DNA from: a virus
Taxonomy: Duplodnaviria > Caudoviricetes
Length of the DNA stretch: 31,471 nucleotides
IMG/VR virus record: IMGVR_UViG_3300012940_001425
Location: 1-31,471 of that record
Reading direction: 5' to 3' (one strand)
Each line of letters opens with the position of its first letter. Position 1 is the first letter of the stretch. Shown here piece after piece: positions 15,570 through 25,339 of the stretch. A model generated the notes under the pieces. The model made no database searches. It was not told the DNA's origin and saw only the letters and a program-made list of their open reading frames with translations. The position numbers and the translations under genes are program-made.

Positions 15570-16550
15570 ATGGCAAAGAGCACTAAAAATTCTGAATATG
15601 GATCGTTCGTCCTGAACGATGAAACCCGTGTGAATTCACATGGGTTTAAAGTCCCGAACAAAGAAATAGACCTTGTCAGGTTCAAGGAAAATGCAGTGCT
15701 GCTTTACATGCACCGGCGCGGTGAAGTGCATGGCCGCTGGGAGAACATCCGTATAGAAGGTCATTTGCTGCTGGGCGATCCGGTGTTTGATATGGATGAT
15801 CCGGAAAGTGCCAAGATTGCCGGAAAGGTAAAGCGCGGTTTTATCAAGGGTGCATCTTTACACCTCAACTTTACACCTACAACAACCTTTGTTGAAGCCC
15901 TTGGGCAGCTGGAACTGCATGGTGTGGAAGCTTGGGAAGGCTCTATCGTTGACATTCCCAGCAACGATAAATCACTTAAACTTTTCTTAGAAGGCAAAGA
16001 GCTGGACGACGAAGCTATTAAGGGATATATGCTTTCTGCTGCCCCAGTTAACGACTCAGTTAAAATCAAAAAATCAATAAAAATGGAAAAAGTAACCCTA
16101 TCCGCATTGGCAATTAGCGCCTTTGCACTGGCCGGTATTACACCCGGTGAAACCCCGGAGACGATTAGCAAAGCGGTTGAAGAATTGGGCGCAAAGCTTA
16201 AGGCCGAACAGACCGCGCATGGACTTGAGAAAACGCAGCGTGAGGTTTTGGAAAAACAGGTTAAAGATCAACAGTCTGCTGCGCTTTCCGCCATGGTAGA
16301 CCAGGCTATTACCGATGGGCAGATTGTGGCTGCGCAAAAGGAAACTTTTATTGCGCTTGGCTTTGAATCTGCCAAGAAAGTAATTGAAGGATTGCCTAAA
16401 AAGGTGTCATTGGGTGCTGCCGCTGCGCCACAAAACCCAACCGGGGCCGGTGAGCCAAAAGACTTGGATGAATTTGAAAAGATGACCTTATCCGCGCAGC
16501 TGAACTTCAAGAACAACAACCCGGCAGCGTACGCCAAGCTTTTCGCTTAA
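15570..16550 (+). CDS. prohead protease with a C-terminal scaffold region
   Basis: Protease motifs are LLYMHRRG, KVKRGFIKGAS and EGSIVDIPSN, followed by a helical C-terminal half. ATG 15570 is preferred. Confidence 0.85.
   Translation: MAKSTKNSEYGSFVLNDETRVNSHGFKVPNKEIDLVRFKENAVLLYMHRRGEVHGRWENIRIEGHLLLGDPVFDMDDPESAKIAGKVKRGFIKGASLHLNFTPTTTFVEALGQLELHGVEAWEGSIVDIPSNDKSLKLFLEGKELDDEAIKGYMLSAAPVNDSVKIKKSIKMEKVTLSALAISAFALAGITPGETPETISKAVEELGAKLKAEQTAHGLEKTQREVLEKQVKDQQSAALSAMVDQAITDGQIVAAQKETFIALGFESAKKVIEGLPKKVSLGAAAAPQNPTGAGEPKDLDEFEKMTLSAQLNFKNNNPAAYAKLFA
16083..16550 (+). CDS. possible internally initiated scaffold protein (analogue of Mu gpZ)
   Basis: In-frame ATG 16083 follows a strongly A-rich leader (aaaaaatcaataaaa) at the domain boundary. 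Confidence 0.5.
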   Translation: MEKVTLSALAISAFALAGITPGETPETISKAVEELGAKLKAEQTAHGLEKTQREVLEKQVKDQQSAALSAMVDQAITDGQIVAAQKETFIALGFESAKKVIEGLPKKVSLGAAAAPQNPTGAGEPKDLDEFEKMTLSAQLNFKNNNPAAYAKLFA

Positions 16551-16604
16551 GCGCCGGAACGATCTATTAACCCGATTTACAAACGATCTTAAAACTTAAT
16601 TAAA

Positions 16605-17495
16605 ATGCCTTTAAATTTTCCCGAAATGTGGGATAGCCGTGAGCGTAAATTACTCTCAACCTCCCACGTAGCCCCTTTCTTGGACGGTATTCCTGAGCTG
16701 GATGTTGAGGTTATGGTTGACCCCATTACCGACAACAACACGATCCATGTTCCGTTGGAAACCTTCACCCCTCAGGTGTTATTGAACAATACCACCTATC
16801 CGCTCACTATTGAGGAGCATGCCGATGGTTCAAAAACCATCAACTTGGATAAGCTGCAAACACTTCCAACCCGTATCAGTGAAGATGCTGCTTTAGGTGC
16901 GTCTTATAACAAAATTGATTCGGCCAGTGCCGGGCACATCAAGCAGATGAACCGCACCAAGTATAAGAAAGCCATCCATGCGATTGCACCGGCTTCTAAT
17001 ACTACTAAGACGCCCGTTATCATCTTGCCTGCTGATTATACGCCTGATGATGTGTATAAGGCAATTGTGGCATTGAAGTCTGCATTTGACAAAATGGAAG
17101 TGCCTGAAGATGGACGGCGTTTGGTCTTGGCTTCCGATATGTACAATAAACTTTTGGAAGACAGAGAACGTTTCGGTAATCTGTTAGTTGATCACCAGAC
17201 AGGTAAGGTTAACCGCACGATTGCTGGGTTTGATGTGTACACCTATGTTTCCAACCCATATTACAGTGAAGCTGGTGTTAAAGCTGCTTGGGGTGCCACT
17301 CCGGGTGCTACCGACCATCAGGCCACTGTAGCTTTCTTTGTGGATAACATCGGTAAGAAAACCGGTATCCTGAAACGGTACTATGATGAGCCTAATACCA
17401 CTACACAAGCGCACTTGCTGAACTATAGGCATTACTACATAGCCCTTCCTTTGCGTAACGAGGCGATTGGTGCTATTGTACAGGGAGCAGCTTAG
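16605..17495 (+). CDS. major capsid protein
   Basis: Follows the protease/scaffold gene, is 296 aa, and has FDKMEVPEDGRRLVL...IAGFDVY as in HK97-fold capsids. Confidence 0.8.
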   Translation: MPLNFPEMWDSRERKLLSTSHVAPFLDGIPELDVEVMVDPITDNNTIHVPLETFTPQVLLNNTTYPLTIEEHADGSKTINLDKLQTLPTRISEDAALGASYNKIDSASAGHIKQMNRTKYKKAIHAIAPASNTTKTPVIILPADYTPDDVYKAIVALKSAFDKMEVPEDGRRLVLASDMYNKLLEDRERFGNLLVDHQTGKVNRTIAGFDVYTYVSNPYYSEAGVKAAWGATPGATDHQATVAFFVDNIGKKTGILKRYYDEPNTTTQAHLLNYRHYYIALPLRNEAIGAIVQGAA

Positions 17496-17500
17496 TAATA

Positions 17501-18022
17501 ATGGTTATGGGTAGCTGGTTTGAACGCATTCTGCATGACTATGGTTACAAGAGCATTGGTGCCTTTCTTTCGAGTTTGGCACCAAGCTCTAAGTATAATG
17601 GTATCGGCTTTCTTTCTTTCGGCATCAGTGCTACGGCTGTGCCGGTAGAAAAATGGCTGGGACTGGATTGGGCAGCCTTTGTTGCGCTGCTGCTGGTGCT
17701 GCTGTTTGAGCTGGTTAGCGGTGTGTGGGCCAGTGCTGTACGCAAGGAACCGCTATCAAGCAAAAAGCTTAGCCGGTTTACGCTGAAAGTGGCCAGTTAC
17801 CTGATCATTATGGCGGTTACCAACCTAATGGCCATCAGTTACGCACGATCTCACAAGAGTTTGCCGGCAACCGTATTCGATTGGATGAACAGCTTCTTGG
17901 TGATACAGATTGTGCTTGAGCAGGTGGTGAGCATACTGGAAAATGTTGCCGAAATAAGTGGCAAGCCTAAAACCCACTGGATTAGCAAACTACAGGAGAA
18001 AATTGAAAGCTTTTGGAAATGA
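17501..18022 (+). CDS. holin
   Basis: Several TM helices, an SSKKLSRFTLK...SILEN motif, and coupling to the amidase. Confidence 0.8.
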   Translation: MVMGSWFERILHDYGYKSIGAFLSSLAPSSKYNGIGFLSFGISATAVPVEKWLGLDWAAFVALLLVLLFELVSGVWASAVRKEPLSSKKLSRFTLKVASYLIIMAVTNLMAISYARSHKSLPATVFDWMNSFLVIQIVLEQVVSILENVAEISGKPKTHWISKLQEKIESFWK

Positions 18023-18969
18023 GAACGATTAAGTACATCGTGCTGCACTGCACGGCAACGCCCCAGAACACTACGATTGAAAGCATACAGAGATACTGGC
18101 GGGTAAACTTGGGCTGGAAGAATCCGGGTTATCATTTCATTATTAAACCTAATGGCGAGGCTGTACAGCTATTACCTATTGAGAATATTGCCAATGGTGT
18201 GGCAGGTTATAATACGCCCAGCATACACATCAGCTACATTGGCGGTGTGGATGCAGCTGGTAAACCGCTGGATAACCGTACGCCTGAGCAGAAGCAAACG
18301 CAGATAGCGCTTATCAAGAAATTTAAACAACAGTTCCCTAATGCGGTGGTACGCGGACATAGGGATTTTCCTAACGTGCACAAGGCTTGCCCCAGCTTTG
18401 ATGTGCGCACTTGGTTGCAGTCAGTTGGCCTATGTATGCTGTTGGCTATGTTCCTTACTGCTTGTGGCACTAAGCACAAAACCGTTTTCAAACAGATAGA
18501 TGTCGCTGAGCAGATCAAAAATCAGCGCAGTGAAACGGAGCTTAAAGCCACAAGCGAGATGGAAAGCCAGCGTGTTGTTAAGCGCGATAGTGCCGGAAAA
18601 GCCAAAACAACTATTTACGGAGCTAAAGGCACCTTCGCCAGCGATGGTAGTTTTACGGGCAGCGCTGATTCCATTAAAAAGGAAAATTCCAGTTTGAAAA
18701 ACGAGCTTGATAGCACAAAGGCCAAACAGAAAAACGATAGTGCTGCGCGTGCTGCCGTGGAAAATCAGAATAAAGACCTACAGGGAACGGTGAACGAACT
18801 GGAGGAAAAGATAAAAGAACCCCCTGATCCGATTACCAGCTTTTGGTACACTCTTTTTGTGGGTGCCGCCATTTTGCTGCTCAGTTACCTGGTATACCTC
18901 ATTGCAGCAAAGCGGGATGTGGTCAAAAGCTTCTTAACCCGAATTTTTAACTTTTTTAAACGCAAATAA
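18019..18969 (+). CDS. N-acetylmuramoyl-L-alanine amidase endolysin fused to a lipoprotein/TM (u-spanin-like) module
   Basis: The T7-lysozyme-like motifs IVLHCTA, GYHF, SIHISYIGG and GHRDF..KACPSF are followed by a hydrophobic stretch with lipobox LTAC, a polar region and a C-terminal TM helix. Confidence 0.85.
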   Translation: MRTIKYIVLHCTATPQNTTIESIQRYWRVNLGWKNPGYHFIIKPNGEAVQLLPIENIANGVAGYNTPSIHISYIGGVDAAGKPLDNRTPEQKQTQIALIKKFKQQFPNAVVRGHRDFPNVHKACPSFDVRTWLQSVGLCMLLAMFLTACGTKHKTVFKQIDVAEQIKNQRSETELKATSEMESQRVVKRDSAGKAKTTIYGAKGTFASDGSFTGSADSIKKENSSLKNELDSTKAKQKNDSAARAAVENQNKDLQGTVNELEEKIKEPPDPITSFWYTLFVGAAILLLSYLVYLIAAKRDVVKSFLTRIFNFFKRK

Positions 18970-18970
18970 A

Positions 18971-19351
18971 ATGGCAAAAGAGAATAGCCGTGAGCAGAAG
19001 ATGAAATACATCTTCGGCAACAACCCCCAAATTAAAGAGCTGCATGTTACCAGCGATGACCAGGCGTTCACGCTCGAACGTGATGCAGCCAATCATGCTG
19101 CCAACTTGGAAGATAAAGAGATTGCTTTGGTTAAGCGGTCTGAGTATGTGGCCGCCTCCAAGACAGAGGTGGTGGTAGATCAGGAAGCTGAACGCGAGGC
19201 GGCAATTGCGCGCCACTTGGAACTGTTTGACAAGGAACCGGCCAAGACTGCCAAGCTGGAAACAATTCTTGCAAAGATTGAAGCGGAAGAAAACCGTTTG
19301 CAGGAGGAGGCCGATAAAGAGCCGGAGAGTGATAGTGAAGGTGATGAGTAA
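18971..19351 (+). CDS. hypothetical virion-associated protein
   Basis: 126-aa acidic ORF between the lysis and tail genes. Confidence 0.7.
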   Translation: MAKENSREQKMKYIFGNNPQIKELHVTSDDQAFTLERDAANHAANLEDKEIALVKRSEYVAASKTEVVVDQEAEREAAIARHLELFDKEPAKTAKLETILAKIEAEENRLQEEADKEPESDSEGDE

Positions 19352-19384
19352 TTAACGGAGTATTTAACACTTAAATTTAATAAG

Positions 19385-19888
19385 ATGCCTAAGTATCAAT
19401 ATGGTCTACTAAAATTTGAGACCGGAACAATGGATGCTGTTACTGGTGCGGTAAGCAACTGGACAGAAGAAAAGATATATCAGGATACGTGTGTTATTGA
19501 CAGGCCGGAAGCGCAAAAAACAGAGCACTATGCACAAGGTGATCCTGATCCAAAGGTTATCCGTTATGGGAGGACTGCAAAAACGATAGCTTTTTCTGTA
19601 TTTGACAGGAGTGCTGACAGCAAAGTTAAATGGCTTGGTGGGACAAAAACAACCGTTGATTTAGTGAATTCGTGGAACGCTCCTGCGAAAGCAGTTGCAT
19701 CGACGAAAAAGGCGATTCGCCTAACTTTTGAGGACGGTTCTGTAGCGGTAGCACCTAACTGTTCTTGCGCTGCACGCGATAGTTGGAACCCAAATGACAG
19801 TGATGTCGCCGTCATTCCAGTTATAGCTACTGTATTGGGTACAGGTGTTGAAGCAGTAGCCTCTTGGACTGAAACGGATACAGAATAA
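19385..19888 (+). CDS. major tail (tube) protein
   Basis: 167-aa beta-rich protein upstream of the chaperones and tape measure. No sheath gene is present. Confidence 0.65.
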   Translation: MPKYQYGLLKFETGTMDAVTGAVSNWTEEKIYQDTCVIDRPEAQKTEHYAQGDPDPKVIRYGRTAKTIAFSVFDRSADSKVKWLGGTKTTVDLVNSWNAPAKAVASTKKAIRLTFEDGSVAVAPNCSCAARDSWNPNDSDVAVIPVIATVLGTGVEAVASWTETDTE

Positions 19889-19898
19889 TACCTGTAGC

Positions 19899-20366
19899 AT
19901 GGACGCAAATAAAACTGAATTGCATGCTGCTGAAACCTTATTACAAAGGGGCGTGAAGGTAAAAGCCCGCGCCCCTTTGTTGTTAAGGCTTTTCGGTAAG
20001 AAAACGATCACTTTGACACTTAGGGTTCCCACTGGCGGATCATTGTTTCGGATGGGTATATGGTTTTTCAAATGTAACCTATCTGCCGAACAATTGGAGA
20101 AAATAGCGGTTGAGGACGCCCTTTATTTCAGGATTAAACATGGTAAAAATATCTACAAAGCACTGGCCTGCCTCTTTATTGGCAATAAGCTTCTGACTGC
20201 AATTTTTTTGAAGCCATACAGTAGCTGGCTAATGGAGTGCCTGACGGATAAAGAGGCACTTATGCTGCTGAACACGGTAATACTGCACGGTGGATTGAAG
20301 GATTTTATGGATACTACCAGATCGCTCAAGAAAATGACCATTACGGAGCCAAGACTGGGCCACTAG
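19899..20366 (+). CDS. tail assembly chaperone (G-like)
   Basis: Lies between the tail tube and tape measure genes. Confidence 0.6.
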   Translation: MDANKTELHAAETLLQRGVKVKARAPLLLRLFGKKTITLTLRVPTGGSLFRMGIWFFKCNLSAEQLEKIAVEDALYFRIKHGKNIYKALACLFIGNKLLTAIFLKPYSSWLMECLTDKEALMLLNTVILHGGLKDFMDTTRSLKKMTITEPRLGH

Positions 20367-20392
20367 ACCAAGAGGAGTTAGTTCCGGTAGGA

Positions 20393-20596
20393 ATGCATAG
20401 CCCTTGGGGACTGATCGGCCAGCTGTGTGAAAAAAACGGCTGGACATTGGAATATGTACTGGAAAAAATCAGTTGGGCAAATGTGTGCATGTTATCGGCC
20501 GACAGGCCAAGAATGGTTAAACGGTCGGAAATTGTAATCAGGATCAATAAAAAGGATTTAAAGAAACATCGGCAAAAATTAAAAGGCAATGGATAA
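20393..20596 (+). CDS. tail assembly chaperone C-terminal part (T-like), possibly reached by -1 frameshift
   Basis: Its frame is -1 relative to the upstream gene and is open from 20252. Confidence 0.55.
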   Translation: MHSPWGLIGQLCEKNGWTLEYVLEKISWANVCMLSADRPRMVKRSEIVIRINKKDLKKHRQKLKGNG

Positions 20597-23500
20597 CTTG
20601 TTATTAGGTGTTGAATGGGATGTTAATGAGCCACAATTGAGGGCGGCCATGACGGCTGCCCGTCAGGATATCAATGGTGTGGCTCAGGCTTCTGATAATG
20701 CGGTGCAGCGGGTTACAACAGGTGTTAACAGGTTGGTGTCTGCCCAAAACCAAGCGGTTAATTCGGTTGTGGTTACTCAGCGGGCAGCGTCTAATGGTTT
20801 CAACAGCTTGCAGAACAGTATCAACCAAATAACACGGGAATTACCTGCATTTACCTTTAGTGCGCAAACCGGTTTCTTGGCCATCTCGAACAACATCCCC
20901 ATACTGATAGATCAGATAGCTAGATTACGGGCAGAAAATGCCGCCTTGAATGCGGAAGGGCAACGCGGTGTGCCGGTTTGGAAACAGTTGTTCAGTGGGT
21001 TGTTCAGTTTCGGTACAGCACTTAGTTTGGGAGTTACCTTGCTGACCATTTACGGAAAAGAAATAGGTAACTGGATAGCGAGTCTGTTGAAGGGCAGCGA
21101 GGCTATTAAGGTAGCAACCGAAAATCTTAAAAACCTGAATGCTGTAATGGCTGCTGCCGATAAGCAGGCGGGCAAACAGCTTACTACATTAAAGATTCTT
21201 TATTCTGCGGCTACTGATGTGACCAACTCGACAAAAGAACGGGTGAAAGCTGCCAAAGCATTGCAAAAGATATTTCCTGAAGCTTTCTCTAATTCGAGGA
21301 CACAGGCGTTATTGAACGGTGAAGAGAAAAAATCATTCGATGAATTAACGGAATCCATCTTAAAAAACGCCCGGGCCAAAGCTGCCAAGGATAAGTTGGA
21401 CGAAATTGAAGCCAAACGCCTTGATTTAAATTGGCAACGGGAAAAAGCACGTGCAGCAAGTGAGAGTGAAAAGCAGCGCGGTGAGGAAGATTACCGTAAA
21501 AGAGCAGAAGCACTCAATAAAACCTATACAAACCAGCAGGAAAAATTTAAAACTACCGAAGAACAGTTGCAAAGGGAGATTCAGGCTAATATTGTCAATC
21601 CGTCTAACAAAAGACTTGATGAGACCCTAAAAGACCTAGATAAACAAGATAAAGCACTTGAAAAACAATCTAAGTTTTTAGTGAAGTTTGCCGGACAAAA
21701 TGAACTTGTTAATGAGATTATCAAAGGCACCAAAGTGCCTAAAGGTGTGGGTGACTCTCTTCTTAAACAACGCCAAGCCCTTCTTGATAAAATTGCGGAT
21801 ATCGATCGGGAATACAACCGAAAGGCCATGACCAGTGATGAGGAGGAATTGCAGACTTTACGCGACAAGTTTGATAAAATACGCCGCGAGGTTGAACGGT
21901 TTAATGCAGACCCTAAGCATAGTAAGGTGCGTATCTCGCTGGCCGGACTCGATGCTGCGCAAAAGCAAGCTGAGGGTAATCTGTCGTATCGCCAGCAGAC
22001 TGAAAAGCTTAAGGTTGAGTGGGACAGACAAAGGGATTTGTTCAGCCGTTATCAGGATGACCTTGCAACCATTGGCCAACAAAAAACCGATGAACGCTAC
22101 AATAAGCAAAAAGCGGCTTTTAATAACTACTCGGAATACCTGCAAGGCGAAATTGACAAAGTAATGCATGGCTCCAACGGCTACAACTTAAACGATGTGG
22201 AAAAGCAGCGGGTTGAATACCTCACCAAACAGCGCAAAGAGGCACTGGCCAATGAACTCGCCCAGCGGCAAGCTGCTTACAACGACGCCTATGAAGTGGC
22301 CAGCACGGTTGAGGACAAGATTGCCAAGATACGGGAAGAATACGCGCGCAAGGAAAAGGCCTTGGGTAAGGACCTGACAGCTGATCGCGCTGCCGAACTC
22401 AATAAGCAAAAGCAAGATGCCATTGATGCCGTAAAAGATGAGGCTGTACAGAAGCTGGATGTCTTCAAAAAAATGTACGATGACATCGATTACATGAGCA
22501 GTGAATCGGCAAAATCTTTACTAGCCGATGCCAAGGCAGCACTTAATAGGCTTGTGGCAGACGGAAAGATAAGCGCTGATTTAGCTAAAGAGATAGCCCG
22601 GAACATTGCAAGCGCGACCGATAAGGTAGACAGCCGGTTGCCTGATGGTTTGAATGATATAGCAGGGACACTGGAGAATATATCGTCTTTGGTAGGTGAT
22701 GTGGACGGTGGTTTTGGCAGTATGTTGCGTTCTGTTAGCAGTGTTTTGCGCGGTGTGGGTGAGATACAATCGGCAATCATCAAATTGGGTAACGTACAGA
22801 AGTTAACGGGCATAGATAAGGTTTTGGGCTTTGCCCAAGGCGGTGCGAGTATATTCGGTACGTTGTTCGGCCTTGGCTCGGCTATTTCCAATATTTTCAA
22901 TAGTGCCCGTGAGAGGCGCAATGAAGAGAACCAAAACCGAATTGCCCGGGCCAATGAATTGCAACTGGCACAGACGGAAGCCATGACCAAGTTGCTGCAA
23001 AGACAGTTGGAGTTGGTTAATGATCTTTACGGCACGGACCGGTTGGATAAATACAAACAGTCTCTTTTAGATATTGAGAAAAATTATAATGAAACCAACA
23101 GTAAGCTGGAGGGCCGCTATAAGCTGACAGGAGACACATTTATCGATCCTATTTTGGAACGTTTGAACAATGGTGAAACGGCTAAACAAATACAGGATTC
23201 ATTTTCCAAGTTTTCGGCCGATTGGTACCACGCCATGGAGGTTCTTGACGATGCGGGGAAAGGCAAGTTTGAAACATTTCATGCATTGTCATCAGACATT
23301 ACAACCGCCCGTGAGGAACTGCAAAAGCTGCAATATATATCTGAATCCGGCAAAGCGGATACATATACCAAGGAGCGTATTGAGCAATTACAAACAATAA
23401 TTGACCAATATAACGATACTGTTAATAAACTGAAAGAAGAGGTAATAGGAACATCTTTCGAGAGCCTATTGGATAATGCCTTGGAACTGTTCAGGAATAG

Positions 23501-24053
23501 CGGTCAGGATTCTGCTGAGGCATGGTCTCAGGGATTTGATAAGATCATTGAAAATTATATGGTGCAACGGTTCAGCCGTGAGTATTTGGAACAGGCAATG
23601 CAGGAATTTTATGATCTGTTTGATGAGCTGGCTGAAGATGGCCTAAGTAAAGACGACAAAGATGTTTTGCGAAAAGAATGGAAAAAAATAGAACAGGACA
23701 GTGAAACATACAGAAAGGGTATTGAAGATGTGCTTGGCGTGACCGGTAGTAGTTCTAAAAGCGGCGGTCTATCGAGTCAGATAAGCGAAAAAATAACGGA
23801 AAACACAGCGCTCGAACTGACTAGTATAACCAGAGCGACATTGGACAATGGTAAACAGCATAAGGCTGTATCGGACGAAATACTAGCAACCAACAAAGAA
23901 ATATATGGTGGAATTGTAAGCGGTTTGAGAATCTTAGGAGCAATTGAACAAAATACTTCCGATACGGTAACAGAGCTTAAAAACGCGGTTGTAGAACTGA
24001 AATCTATTAATAAAAACACTTCCTCCAAAGGAATGAGGGGATATACAGCATAA
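20589..24053 (+). CDS. tail tape measure protein
   Basis: 1154 aa, helical and rich in Ala/Gln/Lys/Glu, with an NSINQITRELPAF...AISNNIPIL motif. Confidence 0.9.
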   Translation: MDNLLLGVEWDVNEPQLRAAMTAARQDINGVAQASDNAVQRVTTGVNRLVSAQNQAVNSVVVTQRAASNGFNSLQNSINQITRELPAFTFSAQTGFLAISNNIPILIDQIARLRAENAALNAEGQRGVPVWKQLFSGLFSFGTALSLGVTLLTIYGKEIGNWIASLLKGSEAIKVATENLKNLNAVMAAADKQAGKQLTTLKILYSAATDVTNSTKERVKAAKALQKIFPEAFSNSRTQALLNGEEKKSFDELTESILKNARAKAAKDKLDEIEAKRLDLNWQREKARAASESEKQRGEEDYRKRAEALNKTYTNQQEKFKTTEEQLQREIQANIVNPSNKRLDETLKDLDKQDKALEKQSKFLVKFAGQNELVNEIIKGTKVPKGVGDSLLKQRQALLDKIADIDREYNRKAMTSDEEELQTLRDKFDKIRREVERFNADPKHSKVRISLAGLDAAQKQAEGNLSYRQQTEKLKVEWDRQRDLFSRYQDDLATIGQQKTDERYNKQKAAFNNYSEYLQGEIDKVMHGSNGYNLNDVEKQRVEYLTKQRKEALANELAQRQAAYNDAYEVASTVEDKIAKIREEYARKEKALGKDLTADRAAELNKQKQDAIDAVKDEAVQKLDVFKKMYDDIDYMSSESAKSLLADAKAALNRLVADGKISADLAKEIARNIASATDKVDSRLPDGLNDIAGTLENISSLVGDVDGGFGSMLRSVSSVLRGVGEIQSAIIKLGNVQKLTGIDKVLGFAQGGASIFGTLFGLGSAISNIFNSARERRNEENQNRIARANELQLAQTEAMTKLLQRQLELVNDLYGTDRLDKYKQSLLDIEKNYNETNSKLEGRYKLTGDTFIDPILERLNNGETAKQIQDSFSKFSADWYHAMEVLDDAGKGKFETFHALSSDITTAREELQKLQYISESGKADTYTKERIEQLQTIIDQYNDTVNKLKEEVIGTSFESLLDNALELFRNSGQDSAEAWSQGFDKIIENYMVQRFSREYLEQAMQEFYDLFDELAEDGLSKDDKDVLRKEWKKIEQDSETYRKGIEDVLGVTGSSSKSGGLSSQISEKITENTALELTSITRATLDNGKQHKAVSDEILATNKEIYGGIVSGLRILGAIEQNTSDTVTELKNAVVELKSINKNTSSKGMRGYTA

Positions 24054-24055
24054 TT

Positions 24056-24976
24056 ATGTGGCCATATCGATTAAACGGAAAATTGTTAAGTGACTATGGC
24101 ATTATAGAGGGTCAGGTTGAAGGCAGCAATATTGCGATTGCCGGGGCGTGGGATATGCCGTCGAGGATAGGTAAAATATACCATGACTGGGCAGATGATA
24201 ATGGTATTGAACCTTATCTCCGCGGTGATGAGATGTTTTTTGGAGGCCGCAACATAACATTCGCGGGATTTATTTTGGTTAACTCTAAAGAAGAGGCACT
24301 GCAAAGGGTCTACTCGTTCTTGGATGATATCGATGCATTCAATGGCTTGGTCCCTTTTGAGGGTGAGTTGGGTGCTTGGAATGTATACGTGTCTACTGAA
24401 ATAAAGGTTGATTTCGATTACGACAATAATGTCGGGATTGTCAACTTTACATTCAGGGAGCCTATTGTTGACCTATCCGGTATGGTTCCGCCGGTCTCCG
24501 ATCCGTTTACAACTGGGATCGACAATATATCTTTTCCGGATTTAGGTGTATGTACCCTTTCTTTTGAAGGCGATTTAAATAGACCACAACCCAAGCAACA
24601 GGTTTATACATCGTACGATAAAGAAGGATTTCAGGTCACCAAGCGGGATTTTCGAACTATCGTGATGAAAGGGTTCATCAAAACGGAAAGCTATGAATCA
24701 TTTATAACGATACTGAAGGGACTGTATGCCCTATTTTCCTCTCCGGGGGCTAGGACACTCCATATGCCCGACAACACGGTTCGTGAATTTTTTCTGAAGG
24801 ATGGGTTCAGGGTTTCAAATGTGGAAATTTTAGAAGATGAGGTGTTTGCTCTTATTGAAATACCAATGAGCGAAATCCGCATGCTTGAGAACTGGAACAA
24901 ATTAACAGATAGTACCGGGCTGATGCTAGTGGATAAGTACGGGCGGCCGCTTACGGAGATTTTAAAGGATTTTTAA
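24056..24976 (+). CDS. putative distal tail protein
   Basis: Immediately follows the tape measure gene and appears to have two similar halves. Confidence 0.6.
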   Translation: MWPYRLNGKLLSDYGIIEGQVEGSNIAIAGAWDMPSRIGKIYHDWADDNGIEPYLRGDEMFFGGRNITFAGFILVNSKEEALQRVYSFLDDIDAFNGLVPFEGELGAWNVYVSTEIKVDFDYDNNVGIVNFTFREPIVDLSGMVPPVSDPFTTGIDNISFPDLGVCTLSFEGDLNRPQPKQQVYTSYDKEGFQVTKRDFRTIVMKGFIKTESYESFITILKGLYALFSSPGARTLHMPDNTVREFFLKDGFRVSNVEILEDEVFALIEIPMSEIRMLENWNKLTDSTGLMLVDKYGRPLTEILKDF

Positions 24977-24993
24977 ACAACAAATAAAGCAAT

Positions 24994-25140
24994 ATGAAAA
25001 AGTTAACAATTAAAGGTAACGGTAAAACAGTTTTCGGCAAGGCTGAAATGGAGGTAGTTAATAAAATGATCAGTCTTTCGGTAGAGAAAGGACTAGGTTG
25101 TCCTAAAATTAGCGGGTTGATGGTTGATATGTCGAAATGA
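24994..25140 (+). CDS. small hypothetical protein (48 aa, not in the ORF track)
   Basis: Reads MKKLTIKGNGKTVFGKAEMEVVNK... It has an A-rich leader and ends just before a hairpin. Confidence 0.45.
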   Translation: MKKLTIKGNGKTVFGKAEMEVVNKMISLSVEKGLGCPKISGLMVDMSK

Positions 25141-25141
25141 T

Positions 25142-25168
25142 AACGGGCGGGATATGTTCCCGCCCATT
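25142..25168. terminator. hairpin between convergent small ORFs
   Basis: gggcggga-tatgt-tcccgccc forms an 8-bp stem that extends to 11 bp on the minus strand. Confidence 0.6.
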
Positions 25169-25174
25169 GTGTGG

Positions 25175-25339
25175 CTATTTGAAATAACCGTCTTTACCAT
25201 CCCATTTATGCATACCGCCGCAATGGGGGCAGCTTATCGAGTTATTGGTAAAACCACTACGGTCCATATCCTTTGGAACGTTGATCCCAGTAGGAACATC
25301 TTTTCCTGTCTTGGGGCATTTGATAAATAACATTGGCAT
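25175..25339 (-). CDS. small zinc-ribbon-like protein (54 aa, not in the ORF track)
   Basis: Reads MPMLFIKCPKTGKDVPTGINVPKDMDRSGFTNNSISCPHCGGMHKWDGKDGYFK, with C...CxxC...H ligands, and is followed by the hairpin. Confidence 0.7.
   Translation of the reverse strand: MPMLFIKCPKTGKDVPTGINVPKDMDRSGFTNNSISCPHCGGMHKWDGKDGYFK

Noticed and set aside
25124-25330. + strand 68-aa ORF from the track
   Set aside because: It has a TTG start, runs through the hairpin, and is antisense to a more convincing Cys/His-motif ORF.
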